Source: an uncultured Candidatus Saccharibacteria bacterium
GTDB lineage: Bacteria > Patescibacteriota > WWE3 > UBA101185 > UBA10185
NCBI GenBank assembly: GCA_964615625.1
Contig: CAZTQT010000004.1
Span: 2,728 to 66,727 of the forward strand
Reading direction: 5' to 3'
Length of the DNA: 64,000 nt
Shown: piece after piece, positions 49,175 to 57,563 of the stretch
Numbering within the stretch: the stretch's first letter is position 1
Layout of the letters: the number at the start of each line of letters is the position of its first letter
The notes under the pieces: model-generated
Seen by the model: only the letters and a program-made list of their open reading frames with translations
The model's database searches: none
What the model was told of the DNA's origin: nothing
Translations under genes and position numbers: made by a program

Positions 49175-52027
49175 ATGTCCTTTAAGTTACCTGAAAAAAA
49201 ATCAATACCAGAGTTAGAAAGTGATGTTCTAAATTTTTGGAAGAAAGAAAAAATATTTGAGAAATCTTTAGAGAAGAATCCAAAGGATAATTTATACGTT
49301 TTTTATGATGGGCCACCTTTTATATCTGGTTTACCACATTACGGGCACCTGTTAGTTTCAGTAGCAAAAGATGTTTTGCCAAGATATTGGACAATGAAAG
49401 GCAAAAGAGTAGATAGAGTTTGGGGTTGGGATGCTCATGGTTTAACAGTAGAAAATAGAGTTCAAGAAGAACTTAATATTCCTGGGAGAAGGGATATAGA
49501 AAAATATGGATTAGATAAGTTTACACAAGCTTGTTATGACTATACTTCTAAGGTTTCTGCTGAATGGGAATGGTATGTTGATAGAATAGGAAGATGGGTA
49601 GATTTTGAAAATGCTTATAGGACAACTAGCCAGACGTATATGGAGAGTGTTATGTGGGCGTTTAAGCAGATATACGATAAAGGTTTTATATATGAAGGTA
49701 TAAGAACCTCATTATATTGTCCTACATGCGGAACTCCTGTTTCTGACTTTGAAATAGCCATGGATAATTCTTACCGTGACGAAAACGACCCATCTATAAT
49801 AGTTAAATTTAAAGTAAAAACTCCGGGAAGGTTTGAAAATATTAGTATTCTGGTTTGGACAACTACCCCGTGGACATTGCCTTCTAACAGAGCTCTTGTA
49901 GTTTCCGAAAACGATGTTTATGTGAAAATAACTTATAATAATGAGAATTTTATTTTGGCCAAAGATAGGTTGGATTGGGTTTTTCCAGATAAAAATTACA
50001 CAATTGAAGATGAGTTTAACGGTAGTGACTTGCTAGGTTTAGAATATGAGCCTTTATTCAAATTTTTTGCAAAAAAGGAAGGTGAGTTCAAAGTTTATTC
50101 TTTTGACAACATGGTAACCATGGATGAAGGTACAGGGATTGTTCACAGTGCCCCAGGCTTTGGTGAGATAGATACTGAGATGGGTAAAAAATACGGTATT
50201 ACACTTATGATGACTTTAGATGATGAGGGAAAATTTATTGCTGGGGATTGGGAAGAAAATCCTTATCAAGGAATGTTTTATTTAAAAGCTAATCCCTTGA
50301 TTTTAGAAGATTTAAACCAAAGAAATGTTTTGTTTAGGAACGAAATGGCTGTTCACAGAGTTCCTTACCATGACAGATGCAATACTTTATTAGTTCAAAA
50401 GTCTCAAAGTTCTTGGTTTATAGATGCCCAAAGAATAAAAGATGAGCTGATTAAAAATAATCAAGATATAAACTGGGTTCCCGAGCATGTTAAGAATGGG
50501 ATATTTGAAAAAACTATAGAGCAGGCCCCTGATTGGTGCATATCAAGAAATAGGTTCTGGGCTACTCCTATGCCCGTTTGGGAATCTACAGATGGGGATA
50601 GAATAGTTGTATCTTCAATAAAAGAAATAGAAGATTTATCTGGTCAAAAAGTAGAGGATTTACACAGACCTTATATAGATGAAATAGTTTTGAAGAAAGA
50701 TGGAAAAGAATACAAGAGGAGACACGAGGTGTTGGATTCTTGGATGGAAGCTGGGTCAATGTCTTTTGCCCAAATCCACTACCCTTTTGAGAATCAAGAG
50801 AAGTTTGAGAGTAATTATCCAGGGGATTACATAGTTGAATATAAAGGTCAGGTTAGAGCTTGGTTCCAAAGAATGCATATTATTTCTACTTTACTTTTTA
50901 ACACCAGGTGTTTTAACAACGTTATTGTCACAGGTGTTTTAGCAGGAACAGATGGTAGAAAAATGAGTAAAACCTATAAAAATTACCCAGATCCAAAAGG
51001 CGTTATTGAGCAGTATGGTGGAGATGCTTTAAGACTTTACTTTATGGGATCACCACTTATGTTAGGTGAGAACGCTAATTTTGATGAAGTAGAGTTAAAA
51101 AATAAAGTGAGAAATGTTCTTAATCCGTTGTGGAATTCAGCCATGTTTTTCCTAATGTATGCTGAAAGCTGTGGTTGGGATAAGGAAAAATATGTTGTCT
51201 CAAATAATATTTTAGATAAATGGATATTAATCAGATTAAACCAAGTTATTAGTGATATCTCAAAAAATTTAGAAGCTTATAACATCCCTCCTGTTGTACG
51301 TTCTGTAGAAGAATTTGTTGATGATCTTTCTAGGTGGTATGTCAGAAGATCTAGGGACAGGATATCAAGCGGAGATAATGAAGCTCTCTCAACTCTATAT
51401 AAAGTTTTAGTAGAGTTTTCTAAAGCAGCTGCTCCCGTGATACCTTTTATTTCTGAAAGTATTTTTAAATCTTTAAGTAGCCAAGAAGATGGTATCTCCG
51501 TTCATTTATGTAATTACCCGTCTAATACTGAGATCACAGATATTGATAATAATATTTTAGAGAATATGAAAAAAGTAAGAGATATATCGTCCCAAGTTTT
51601 ATCTATTAGGGTAGAAAAAGGAGTTCCTGTGAGACAAGCTTTGGGAAATGTTGCTGTATTAAAGGAAAATTCTGTTCCAGAAGAATATTTTTCACTCATA
51701 CTTGAGGAAACGAATGTGAAAAATATTTTGGAAGTTAGTTCCCTTGACGAGAAAAGTTCTTGGGAATTAGATAGTTCTAACTTGGTTAGATTAGATATGG
51801 AAATAACTGAAGAGTTGTTGAAAGAGGGTAGGCTTAGAGAGTTTATAAGATCGGTTCAAGATTTAAGAAAAGAAGCTGGCCTTTCGGTGTCTGATAAAAT
51901 AATACTTACATACAAAAATGATCCAGAAATTATTGATGTAATTGAGACATTTAAGAAGGAAATTGAAACAAAACTTGTTGTGGAAAAAATGATACTAGGT
52001 GATGAAACAAAAGTAGAGAAGGTGTAA
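49175..52027 (+). CDS. ileS: Isoleucine--tRNA ligase (type 2, lacking a C-terminal zinc domain)
   Basis: HIGH motif PHYGH, KMSKS motif KMSKT, DWCISRNRFWATPMPVW, editing CP1 domain. 950 aa. Confidence 0.85.
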   Translation: MSFKLPEKKSIPELESDVLNFWKKEKIFEKSLEKNPKDNLYVFYDGPPFISGLPHYGHLLVSVAKDVLPRYWTMKGKRVDRVWGWDAHGLTVENRVQEELNIPGRRDIEKYGLDKFTQACYDYTSKVSAEWEWYVDRIGRWVDFENAYRTTSQTYMESVMWAFKQIYDKGFIYEGIRTSLYCPTCGTPVSDFEIAMDNSYRDENDPSIIVKFKVKTPGRFENISILVWTTTPWTLPSNRALVVSENDVYVKITYNNENFILAKDRLDWVFPDKNYTIEDEFNGSDLLGLEYEPLFKFFAKKEGEFKVYSFDNMVTMDEGTGIVHSAPGFGEIDTEMGKKYGITLMMTLDDEGKFIAGDWEENPYQGMFYLKANPLILEDLNQRNVLFRNEMAVHRVPYHDRCNTLLVQKSQSSWFIDAQRIKDELIKNNQDINWVPEHVKNGIFEKTIEQAPDWCISRNRFWATPMPVWESTDGDRIVVSSIKEIEDLSGQKVEDLHRPYIDEIVLKKDGKEYKRRHEVLDSWMEAGSMSFAQIHYPFENQEKFESNYPGDYIVEYKGQVRAWFQRMHIISTLLFNTRCFNNVIVTGVLAGTDGRKMSKTYKNYPDPKGVIEQYGGDALRLYFMGSPLMLGENANFDEVELKNKVRNVLNPLWNSAMFFLMYAESCGWDKEKYVVSNNILDKWILIRLNQVISDISKNLEAYNIPPVVRSVEEFVDDLSRWYVRRSRDRISSGDNEALSTLYKVLVEFSKAAAPVIPFISESIFKSLSSQEDGISVHLCNYPSNTEITDIDNNILENMKKVRDISSQVLSIRVEKGVPVRQALGNVAVLKENSVPEEYFSLILEETNVKNILEVSSLDEKSSWELDSSNLVRLDMEITEELLKEGRLREFIRSVQDLRKEAGLSVSDKIILTYKNDPEIIDVIETFKKEIETKLVVEKMILGDETKVEKV

Positions 52028-52048
52028 TTGTGTTAATATAAGTTATAT

Positions 52049-53437
52049 ATGCAGGATTTAATAATATCATTGAATAAAAACATATTAAGAGTTTCTACAG
52101 TTGATAAAGAGGCTTCTCTTAAAACTTCTACGACTACCGTGCCTACAGAAGTTGTTGATGATTCAAGAATTATAGATAGTGGTGCTTTATCAAATATTTT
52201 GGATGATTTGGTACATCAAATTACCGATTTACCAAAAAAACAACTCAATTTAAATTTTGTTGTTGAACCTCAAGATGTATTTTTAAGATATGTTACTGTT
52301 TCCAAAAATGATTCGCAGCTAGAAGATAAGGTTATATCTGAAATAAAATCAAAAGACCCAGATCTGCCTTTAGAAGACATCTTCTTTTCTTATAGAAAAA
52401 AAGCTCCTTTTGTTTACCAGTTCATAGGTATTAGGAAAGATGTTATGTCTGCATATATAGATGTCTCAAATCTTGTTGGAATTGGTCTAAAAAGTGTTGT
52501 CCCATGGGTTTTAGTCTTACCAAAATATGAAAATATCAATGATCCGTCTATTTTTGTGTCAAAAGTTGATGATGATCAAGTGATTGCTTTATCAGAACTA
52601 AATGGCGTGTTTTTTGCAGGTTCTTATAAAGAGGAAAAGACATCCGAGGAACTGTCGGCTCTTATAAAAGAGTTATCTTTCTACAAGAGATCTAGCCCTA
52701 TTAAATACATCTTTACTTTTGGTTACGACAATTTTGATATGCCTGGATACAGTATTAAGAAGATAGAGGCTCCAGATTTCAATGGTTCTGATCAGATACC
52801 TTCAGGATTTGAGTTAAATACAATTTTTAATTTTATGCTTGATTCAGACCAAGATATAGTTGATAGTCAGGTTAATGTTTTAAATATGTTACCTCTCCCT
52901 GTAGTTGAGAAGAAGACATCTGCACTAACGGTGGTAGGTCCTGTAGTTGGGGCTTTGTTACTTTTGGTCGGCGCTTATTTTGGTATAAAAAGTTTAGGAA
53001 AAAAAGATAATTCAGGTGATTCCCTAGCTGTAAATAATGAGCAAACTCAGGTTCTAAGTGAGTCAACACAGCAACAAAATGTGGAGCCAAATGACGATGT
53101 TCAAGAAACTGAACAAAAAGATAGGGATCCCAATATGGAAGTTAAGAAAGGTAATTTAAAAATAAGAATAGAGAACGGTGCTGGTATAAGTGGTTTAGCG
53201 GCAAGAACAAAAGACTTTCTAACAGAATTTGGTTACACAATTTTGAACATAGATACCGCAGATTCCACAACAGAGCCTACAATTTTGAATTTCAAGAAAG
53301 ATGCAATAGAGGATTATAAAGATATAGTCTATAAGGATATGGTGTCTAAATTTCCAAACATAGAGGTAAAGGAGGATTTACAGGAAGACAGTGACTACGA
53401 CTTGCTTATAACTGTAGGTACAAGTTCCAAGCTTTAG
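52049..53437 (+). CDS. Bitopic membrane protein with a C-terminal LytR_C (LytR cell-envelope-associated) domain; N-terminal domain unknown
   Basis: TM at about residue 290 (LTVVGPVVGALLLLVGAYFGI). C-terminal KIRIENGAGISGLAARTKDFLTEFGYTILNIDTADS is typical of LytR_C. Confidence 0.5.
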   Translation: MQDLIISLNKNILRVSTVDKEASLKTSTTTVPTEVVDDSRIIDSGALSNILDDLVHQITDLPKKQLNLNFVVEPQDVFLRYVTVSKNDSQLEDKVISEIKSKDPDLPLEDIFFSYRKKAPFVYQFIGIRKDVMSAYIDVSNLVGIGLKSVVPWVLVLPKYENINDPSIFVSKVDDDQVIALSELNGVFFAGSYKEEKTSEELSALIKELSFYKRSSPIKYIFTFGYDNFDMPGYSIKKIEAPDFNGSDQIPSGFELNTIFNFMLDSDQDIVDSQVNVLNMLPLPVVEKKTSALTVVGPVVGALLLLVGAYFGIKSLGKKDNSGDSLAVNNEQTQVLSESTQQQNVEPNDDVQETEQKDRDPNMEVKKGNLKIRIENGAGISGLAARTKDFLTEFGYTILNIDTADSTTEPTILNFKKDAIEDYKDIVYKDMVSKFPNIEVKEDLQEDSDYDLLITVGTSSKL

Positions 53438-53486
53438 TTTGTTGTTGCTCAAACCTCAAGATTAGTGTAATATCCTAATGTTTAGT

Positions 53487-53957
53487 ATGGAAAAATATAT
53501 AGTAATAAAATTAGCGTCAAAGCAATACCTAGTCCGAGAGGGCGATGTTATTGAACTGGAGAGACAGCAAAAACCTATTAAATCAGAAGTTTTATTCTAC
53601 TTTGATGGTGAGAAAGCTATTATCGGAGATCCTGAAGTCAAGGGTATTGATTTTGAAATATCTGTTTTAGAGGAGAAACTTGGGAAAAAAGTCAGAGTTG
53701 CTAGATTTAAAAAGAAATCTAGGTACGATAAGGTTAAAGGTCATAGACAGCCTATTAGCATATTAAAAGTGGAAAATATAGGTGGTAAACCAAAGAAAAA
53801 AGAAGATTCTGAAAAACCAGTTGAAAAAGAAAAAGAGAAAGAGACCAAAAAAGAAGTTAAAAAAGAGAAAAAAAATGTTGTTGAGAAAAAACCTGCAAAG
53901 GTCCAAGAAAAAACAAAGGTAAAAGAAAAGGAAAAAGTTTCAAAAGGAGATAAATAA
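53487..53957 (+). CDS. rplU: 50S ribosomal protein L21 with a Lys/Glu-rich C-terminal extension
   Basis: [25 protein letters not shown] ... [13 protein letters not shown], then an approximately 60-aa KEKEK-rich tail. Confidence 0.85.
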   Translation: MEKYIVIKLASKQYLVREGDVIELERQQKPIKSEVLFYFDGEKAIIGDPEVKGIDFEISVLEEKLGKKVRVARFKKKSRYDKVKGHRQPISILKVENIGGKPKKKEDSEKPVEKEKEKETKKEVKKEKKNVVEKKPAKVQEKTKVKEKEKVSKGDK

Positions 53958-53959
53958 AA

Positions 53960-54235
53960 ATGGCACATAAAAAAGCTGGAGGTTCAAAAGCAACGCAAAA
54001 AGGAAATGTAGCAGGTAAAAGACTGGGAGTTAAGGTTTTTGGAGGTTCTCCTGTTAAAGCAGGGCAAATAATAATCAGACAGAGAGGAAGAGAAGTCATT
54101 CCAGGGGATAATGTGATGATGAGTAAAGATTTCACTCTCCATTCAGAAGTAGATGGTGTTGTAGAATTTGCTTGGAAGACAAGAAAAAAGAAAAAAGTTA
54201 GTGTTGTTGAGAGTAAGCCAAAGAAAGAAAAGTAG
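53960..54235 (+). CDS. rpmA: 50S ribosomal protein L27 with a short Lys-rich tail
   Basis: [29 protein letters not shown] ... [15 protein letters not shown]. Confidence 0.9.
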   Translation: MAHKKAGGSKATQKGNVAGKRLGVKVFGGSPVKAGQIIIRQRGREVIPGDNVMMSKDFTLHSEVDGVVEFAWKTRKKKKVSVVESKPKKEK

Positions 54236-54240
54236 TCTTT

Positions 54241-54801
54241 CTAATATTTAACTTTTTTAACTATTCCTATACTTTTTAATGGGTATATTTTTACTATCAC
54301 CTTACCTATAACTGAATTAGTATTAATGTATCCCCATTCTCTTGAATCTGTACTTTCGTCTCTATTATCACCTAAAACAACATAGGAATCAGTTGGTATA
54401 GAATATTCCACATCATTTTCAAAATATTTCTCTACATCAGTATACTCATTACTGTTTATATAGGAATCTTCATTGAGAACTTTGTCATTTATATATATTT
54501 TTCCACCAGATATTTTAAAACTCTCCCCAGGCAGCCCAATGACTCTTTTTATAAGAAGTTTGTCGTTTTCTAAAGGACTTTCAAAAACTACAACATCCCC
54601 ACGTTCCAAACCTTTCAATTTTACAGATAAAGACTCGGCTATTAATTGTTCTTTATTTTTAAAGTTTGGAAGCATTGAGTTTCCAGACACCTCACACAGC
54701 TGACCTAAGAATAGGTAGATGATCACGAAAACAAATAAAAATATAAAAATAACCTGGATAAATTCTGAAATTTTATTATTACGTTTTTTACGTGATTTCA
54801 C
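54241..54801 (-). CDS. lepB: Signal peptidase I
   Basis: N-terminal TM. GNSMLPNF (catalytic Ser), KRVIGLPGE (catalytic Lys box), GDNRDESTDSREWG. Confidence 0.85.
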   Translation of the reverse strand: MKSRKKRNNKISEFIQVIFIFLFVFVIIYLFLGQLCEVSGNSMLPNFKNKEQLIAESLSVKLKGLERGDVVVFESPLENDKLLIKRVIGLPGESFKISGGKIYINDKVLNEDSYINSNEYTDVEKYFENDVEYSIPTDSYVVLGDNRDESTDSREWGYINTNSVIGKVIVKIYPLKSIGIVKKVKY

Positions 54802-54883
54802 AAATTAATGTTATTCTGGATGGGTAAAAATCACAAGCTTTCTGTTTTATTGGCAAAATATTTAGTAGAATATAAATGTTTTA

Positions 54884-54960
54884 GGGCTCATAGCTCAGTT
54901 GGTTAGAGCGTTGCATTCACATTGCAAAGGCCTCAGGTTCGAATCCTGATGAGCCCACCA
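54884..54960 (+). tRNA. tRNA-Val (anticodon CAC)
   Basis: Manual cloverleaf: acceptor GGGCTCA/TGAGCCC, D arm GCTC-agttggtta-GAGC, anticodon stem TTGCA/TGCAA with loop ttCACat, T arm TCAGG-ttcgaat-CCTGA, discriminator A, encoded CCA. Confidence 0.85.
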
Positions 54961-55011
54961 AAAAAATAACAAAAAATATAGAGATTGTTCTAATTTGTAT
55001 ATAAATTACTT
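54940..55011 (+). repeat. Copy 1 of an approximately 153-bp tandem duplication comprising the tRNA-Val 3' end (T loop to CCA) plus downstream flank
   Basis: cgaatcctgatgagcccaccaaaaaaataacaaaaaatatagag... It reappears at 55093 with an offset of 153 bp. Confidence 0.75.
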
Positions 55012-55092
55012 CCTAAAGGATTCGAATACCGCAGGCGCGACGGCGCTGAGGTGGGGCGCCGATCAAAAATTCAGCAGAATTTTATGAGTGGC

Positions 55093-55163
55093 CGAATCCT
55101 GATGAGCCCACCAAAAAATAACAAAAACATAGAGGTCGTTTCCCTTCGTATATAGATCACTTT
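55093..55163 (+). repeat. Copy 2 (diverged after about 45 bp) of the tRNA-Val 3'-end repeat; an att-like direct repeat
   Basis: cgaatcctgatgagcccaccaaaaaataacaaaaacatagagg... There is no matching 5' tRNA half, so this is a displaced 3' fragment. Confidence 0.75.
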
Positions 55164-55663
55164 TGACGGAAACTAACTAGCCCAATATTCTTTGGTCCTT
55201 CAAAATCAAGTTTAACTTTCTGATATCTAACGCCATTTTCTTTATAATATTCCGAAATACCCTCAATAAGAGCGTCCCTACCAAGTTTTTTACTTTGATC
55301 CCAAAAATTACAGCAGGGTATTACAAGGGTATTAGTAATCAATGCCGATTCCACAACAACATGTGTGGCTTCATCAGGATGTAACCCTATTACCAAATCA
55401 TAATATGAAGCATCTTCTGGTTTAAATTCATCTTTTCTACTTTCTACACCAACTAACGTGTAACCTCGCGGATCAAAAACAGTTGATTTGTAGTTATACT
55501 TCTTATTTAAAATTCTTGATAACATTCCACGGCCTCCTGCAACATCCGCTATATACTCAATATTTCTTCCAAAGGTATCAAATACAAAATCAGCAACCAC
55601 CTCAAATCTTTGAGGATCCCCATGAAATTTATGTCCTTTGTATGTACCAGTTTTGGTACTCAT
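55157..55663 (-). CDS. Small class I SAM-dependent methyltransferase-like protein (Methyltransf_32-like)
   Basis: Motif I IADVAGGRGMLS, acidic end of beta2 (TVFDPR), motif DLVIGLHPDEAT resembling the LHxCGxxTD box of small MTases. 168 aa. Confidence 0.45.
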   Translation of the reverse strand: MSTKTGTYKGHKFHGDPQRFEVVADFVFDTFGRNIEYIADVAGGRGMLSRILNKKYNYKSTVFDPRGYTLVGVESRKDEFKPEDASYYDLVIGLHPDEATHVVVESALITNTLVIPCCNFWDQSKKLGRDALIEGISEYYKENGVRYQKVKLDFEGPKNIGLVSFRQK

Positions 55664-55701
55664 GAAGTCATTATACTAAAGGGAAGCTTTGAGATGGGCT
55701 A

Positions 55702-55734
55702 GTGCCCCGCCCCGCGTAATGCGGGGCGGGGCAC
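55702..55734. other. Perfect 14-bp GC-only stem-loop (GTGCCCCGCCCCGC gtaat GCGGGGCGGGGCAC) in the divergent intergenic region
   Basis: Read directly. It is extremely GC-rich in an AT-rich genome. It is not followed by a T-run on either strand, so it is not a canonical intrinsic terminator. Confidence 0.8.
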
Positions 55735-55812
55735 CTTAGGGTATCTTACAGCTTCACGAAAACATAAAATCACACAAATGTTATATATCAAAAACTATAG
55801 TATAAATAATAT

Positions 55813-56271
55813 ATGACTGCCTTTTTTATCAAATACTTTGTCTTCTGTTTCATATCTGCAACACTACTATCAGTCTTTGAAATACAAACAGAAGGAAAGC
55901 ATGGTTGGGCAGAAAAACTTCCTACATGGAAAATAAGTTTTAAATTTTTAGATAGTATGCCGGGTTTTAGAGGTCCTGTAACAGGTTATCACATCTATCT
56001 TTTTACAATGGTGCTGTTTCTAGTTCATATTCCATTTTTATTTATGAGATGGGATATACGTACTGAAGTAATTATTCTTTCAGCTTATACACTTATAGTG
56101 GCTTTAGAGGACTTTCTTTGGTTTGTTTTTAACCCGTACTATGGTCTTAAAAAATTTAATAAAAAACACATTCCCTGGCATGAGGATTGGGTTGGCCCGA
56201 TCCCGCTCCAGTACGTATATGTTATTGTTTTGTGGATCACACTTTTTGTTTTAGGTTTTTGGATTATTTAA
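55813..56271 (+). CDS. Hypothetical 4-TM membrane protein
   Basis: 152 aa with four hydrophobic helices. No motif recognised. Confidence 0.4.
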   Translation: MTAFFIKYFVFCFISATLLSVFEIQTEGKHGWAEKLPTWKISFKFLDSMPGFRGPVTGYHIYLFTMVLFLVHIPFLFMRWDIRTEVIILSAYTLIVALEDFLWFVFNPYYGLKKFNKKHIPWHEDWVGPIPLQYVYVIVLWITLFVLGFWII

Positions 56272-57496
56272 TAAAAGAATCGTATAGAAGTTCCCACAGC
56301 TCCGTGTAACCACCCTCATATCCTAAAGCCCATATCCCAACCCCACCAAGATTATAGTCTTTAACAATGTCATATTTATATTTTAAGGATTTAGCGTTTT
56401 CATAATACACCGTCCTTAAGTGGTTTGAATCTTTGCTTATGTAAGTAAAATAAGGTGATTTCCCATTTTCATTCCATTTTATAAACGGTCTATTTTCTAT
56501 AATTGTCTCCATCACATGGTCATATGCTTGAGCCCCAGAATAACCTTTTTCATCGGATCCTTCAGAACGTTTTGAATACTCTGATTCGTCGTCAACAAGC
56601 CAATTATAGCCGTAATAGGGGACACCTAATATTATTTTGTTGGGAGGCATTTTTGTTAAAAAGTCGTTTATTGTTTCCATTACATCTATCCCAGGACCTT
56701 GTATCGGTGCAACAGGACCTATTTCTTCAGAGACAGGTCTGTGGTAATCGTAAGCCATTACAAAAATTCCATCTGCAGCCCTGCTTAAATTTTCTAAGTC
56801 AGAGCTAACACGATTTTGTGTTGCTGAGTCTGCAAAGGCTGAAACAACGACATATGAGTTTCCATACACTTTATCTAACTCATCATTTAAATATTTTGTT
56901 AATTCAGAAAACTTCTTATCAATTCCCTCATTGGTTCCTTCAGCGTGTTCAAAGTTAAGATTAATGTCTACTATACCTTTTTTATCAAGTTCTATTTTAA
57001 GATTCTCTAAAAGAGTATTCCAACACTCTTTGCAATCAAGAAACTCATCAATATCTTTGTCTATATGAGCAATGACTGTTAAGCTTACTCTTACTCCAAA
57101 TTCTTTAGAAATTTCAATTAATTTATCCAGATCTTCGTTCTCATTCCAATTAACATAACCGGGCTCTTGTACTAATTCCCCACCCTCTCCCTCCTTAGTT
57201 TTTATAAAATCTCCATCTTTATCAAGATAAAGACCAAAATATGCTATATCTGTGAGTTTATCTAATTGTAGATATTTTATTTTTTCAAGACTCCAATATG
57301 GGAGATATCCGTATATTATTTTTTTTGGTTTCTCGTCTTTGGTAGAAAATGCAAAAACACTTTTATTACTTGATAGCGGGGATATTATATTGTAACCATC
57401 AATATTATTACTTTTACTTTTAACCACTATCAAGGCCGTTAAAAGTATTAACGAAAAGGATAATATTGCTATAGACAGTTTTAACTCTTTTTTCAT
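56264..57496 (-). CDS. Membrane-anchored glycoside hydrolase family 18-like protein (chitinase-like fold) with a variant catalytic motif
   Basis: N-terminal TM. GYLPYWSLEK ... VDINLNFEHAE in place of the canonical DGxDxDWE (only the Glu and the first Asp are retained). DGIFVMAYDYH. Confidence 0.6.
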   Translation of the reverse strand: MKKELKLSIAILSFSLILLTALIVVKSKSNNIDGYNIISPLSSNKSVFAFSTKDEKPKKIIYGYLPYWSLEKIKYLQLDKLTDIAYFGLYLDKDGDFIKTKEGEGGELVQEPGYVNWNENEDLDKLIEISKEFGVRVSLTVIAHIDKDIDEFLDCKECWNTLLENLKIELDKKGIVDINLNFEHAEGTNEGIDKKFSELTKYLNDELDKVYGNSYVVVSAFADSATQNRVSSDLENLSRAADGIFVMAYDYHRPVSEEIGPVAPIQGPGIDVMETINDFLTKMPPNKIILGVPYYGYNWLVDDESEYSKRSEGSDEKGYSGAQAYDHVMETIIENRPFIKWNENGKSPYFTYISKDSNHLRTVYYENAKSLKYKYDIVKDYNLGGVGIWALGYEGGYTELWELLYDSFIK

Positions 57497-57563
57497 TCAA
57501 CTAAAATTCTACACGATTATGGCAAAACAATCCCCTGCTTTTTAAAATGATAAAATAATTTGG

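Noticed and set aside
53800-53957. A repetitive AAAGAAAAAGAGAAAGAG... tract, checked as a possible CRISPR array or microsatellite
   Set aside because: It is in-frame coding sequence for the KEKEK-rich tail of L21. It has no regular repeat-spacer architecture.
54961-55092. A possible second tRNA gene between the two copies of the tRNA-Val 3' end, suggested by T-loop-like GGATTCGAAT and a 3' ...TGAGCCCACCA
   Set aside because: No complementary 5' acceptor strand (GGGCTCA) or D arm is present. The segment is explained as the duplicated 3' fragment plus a GC-rich insert.
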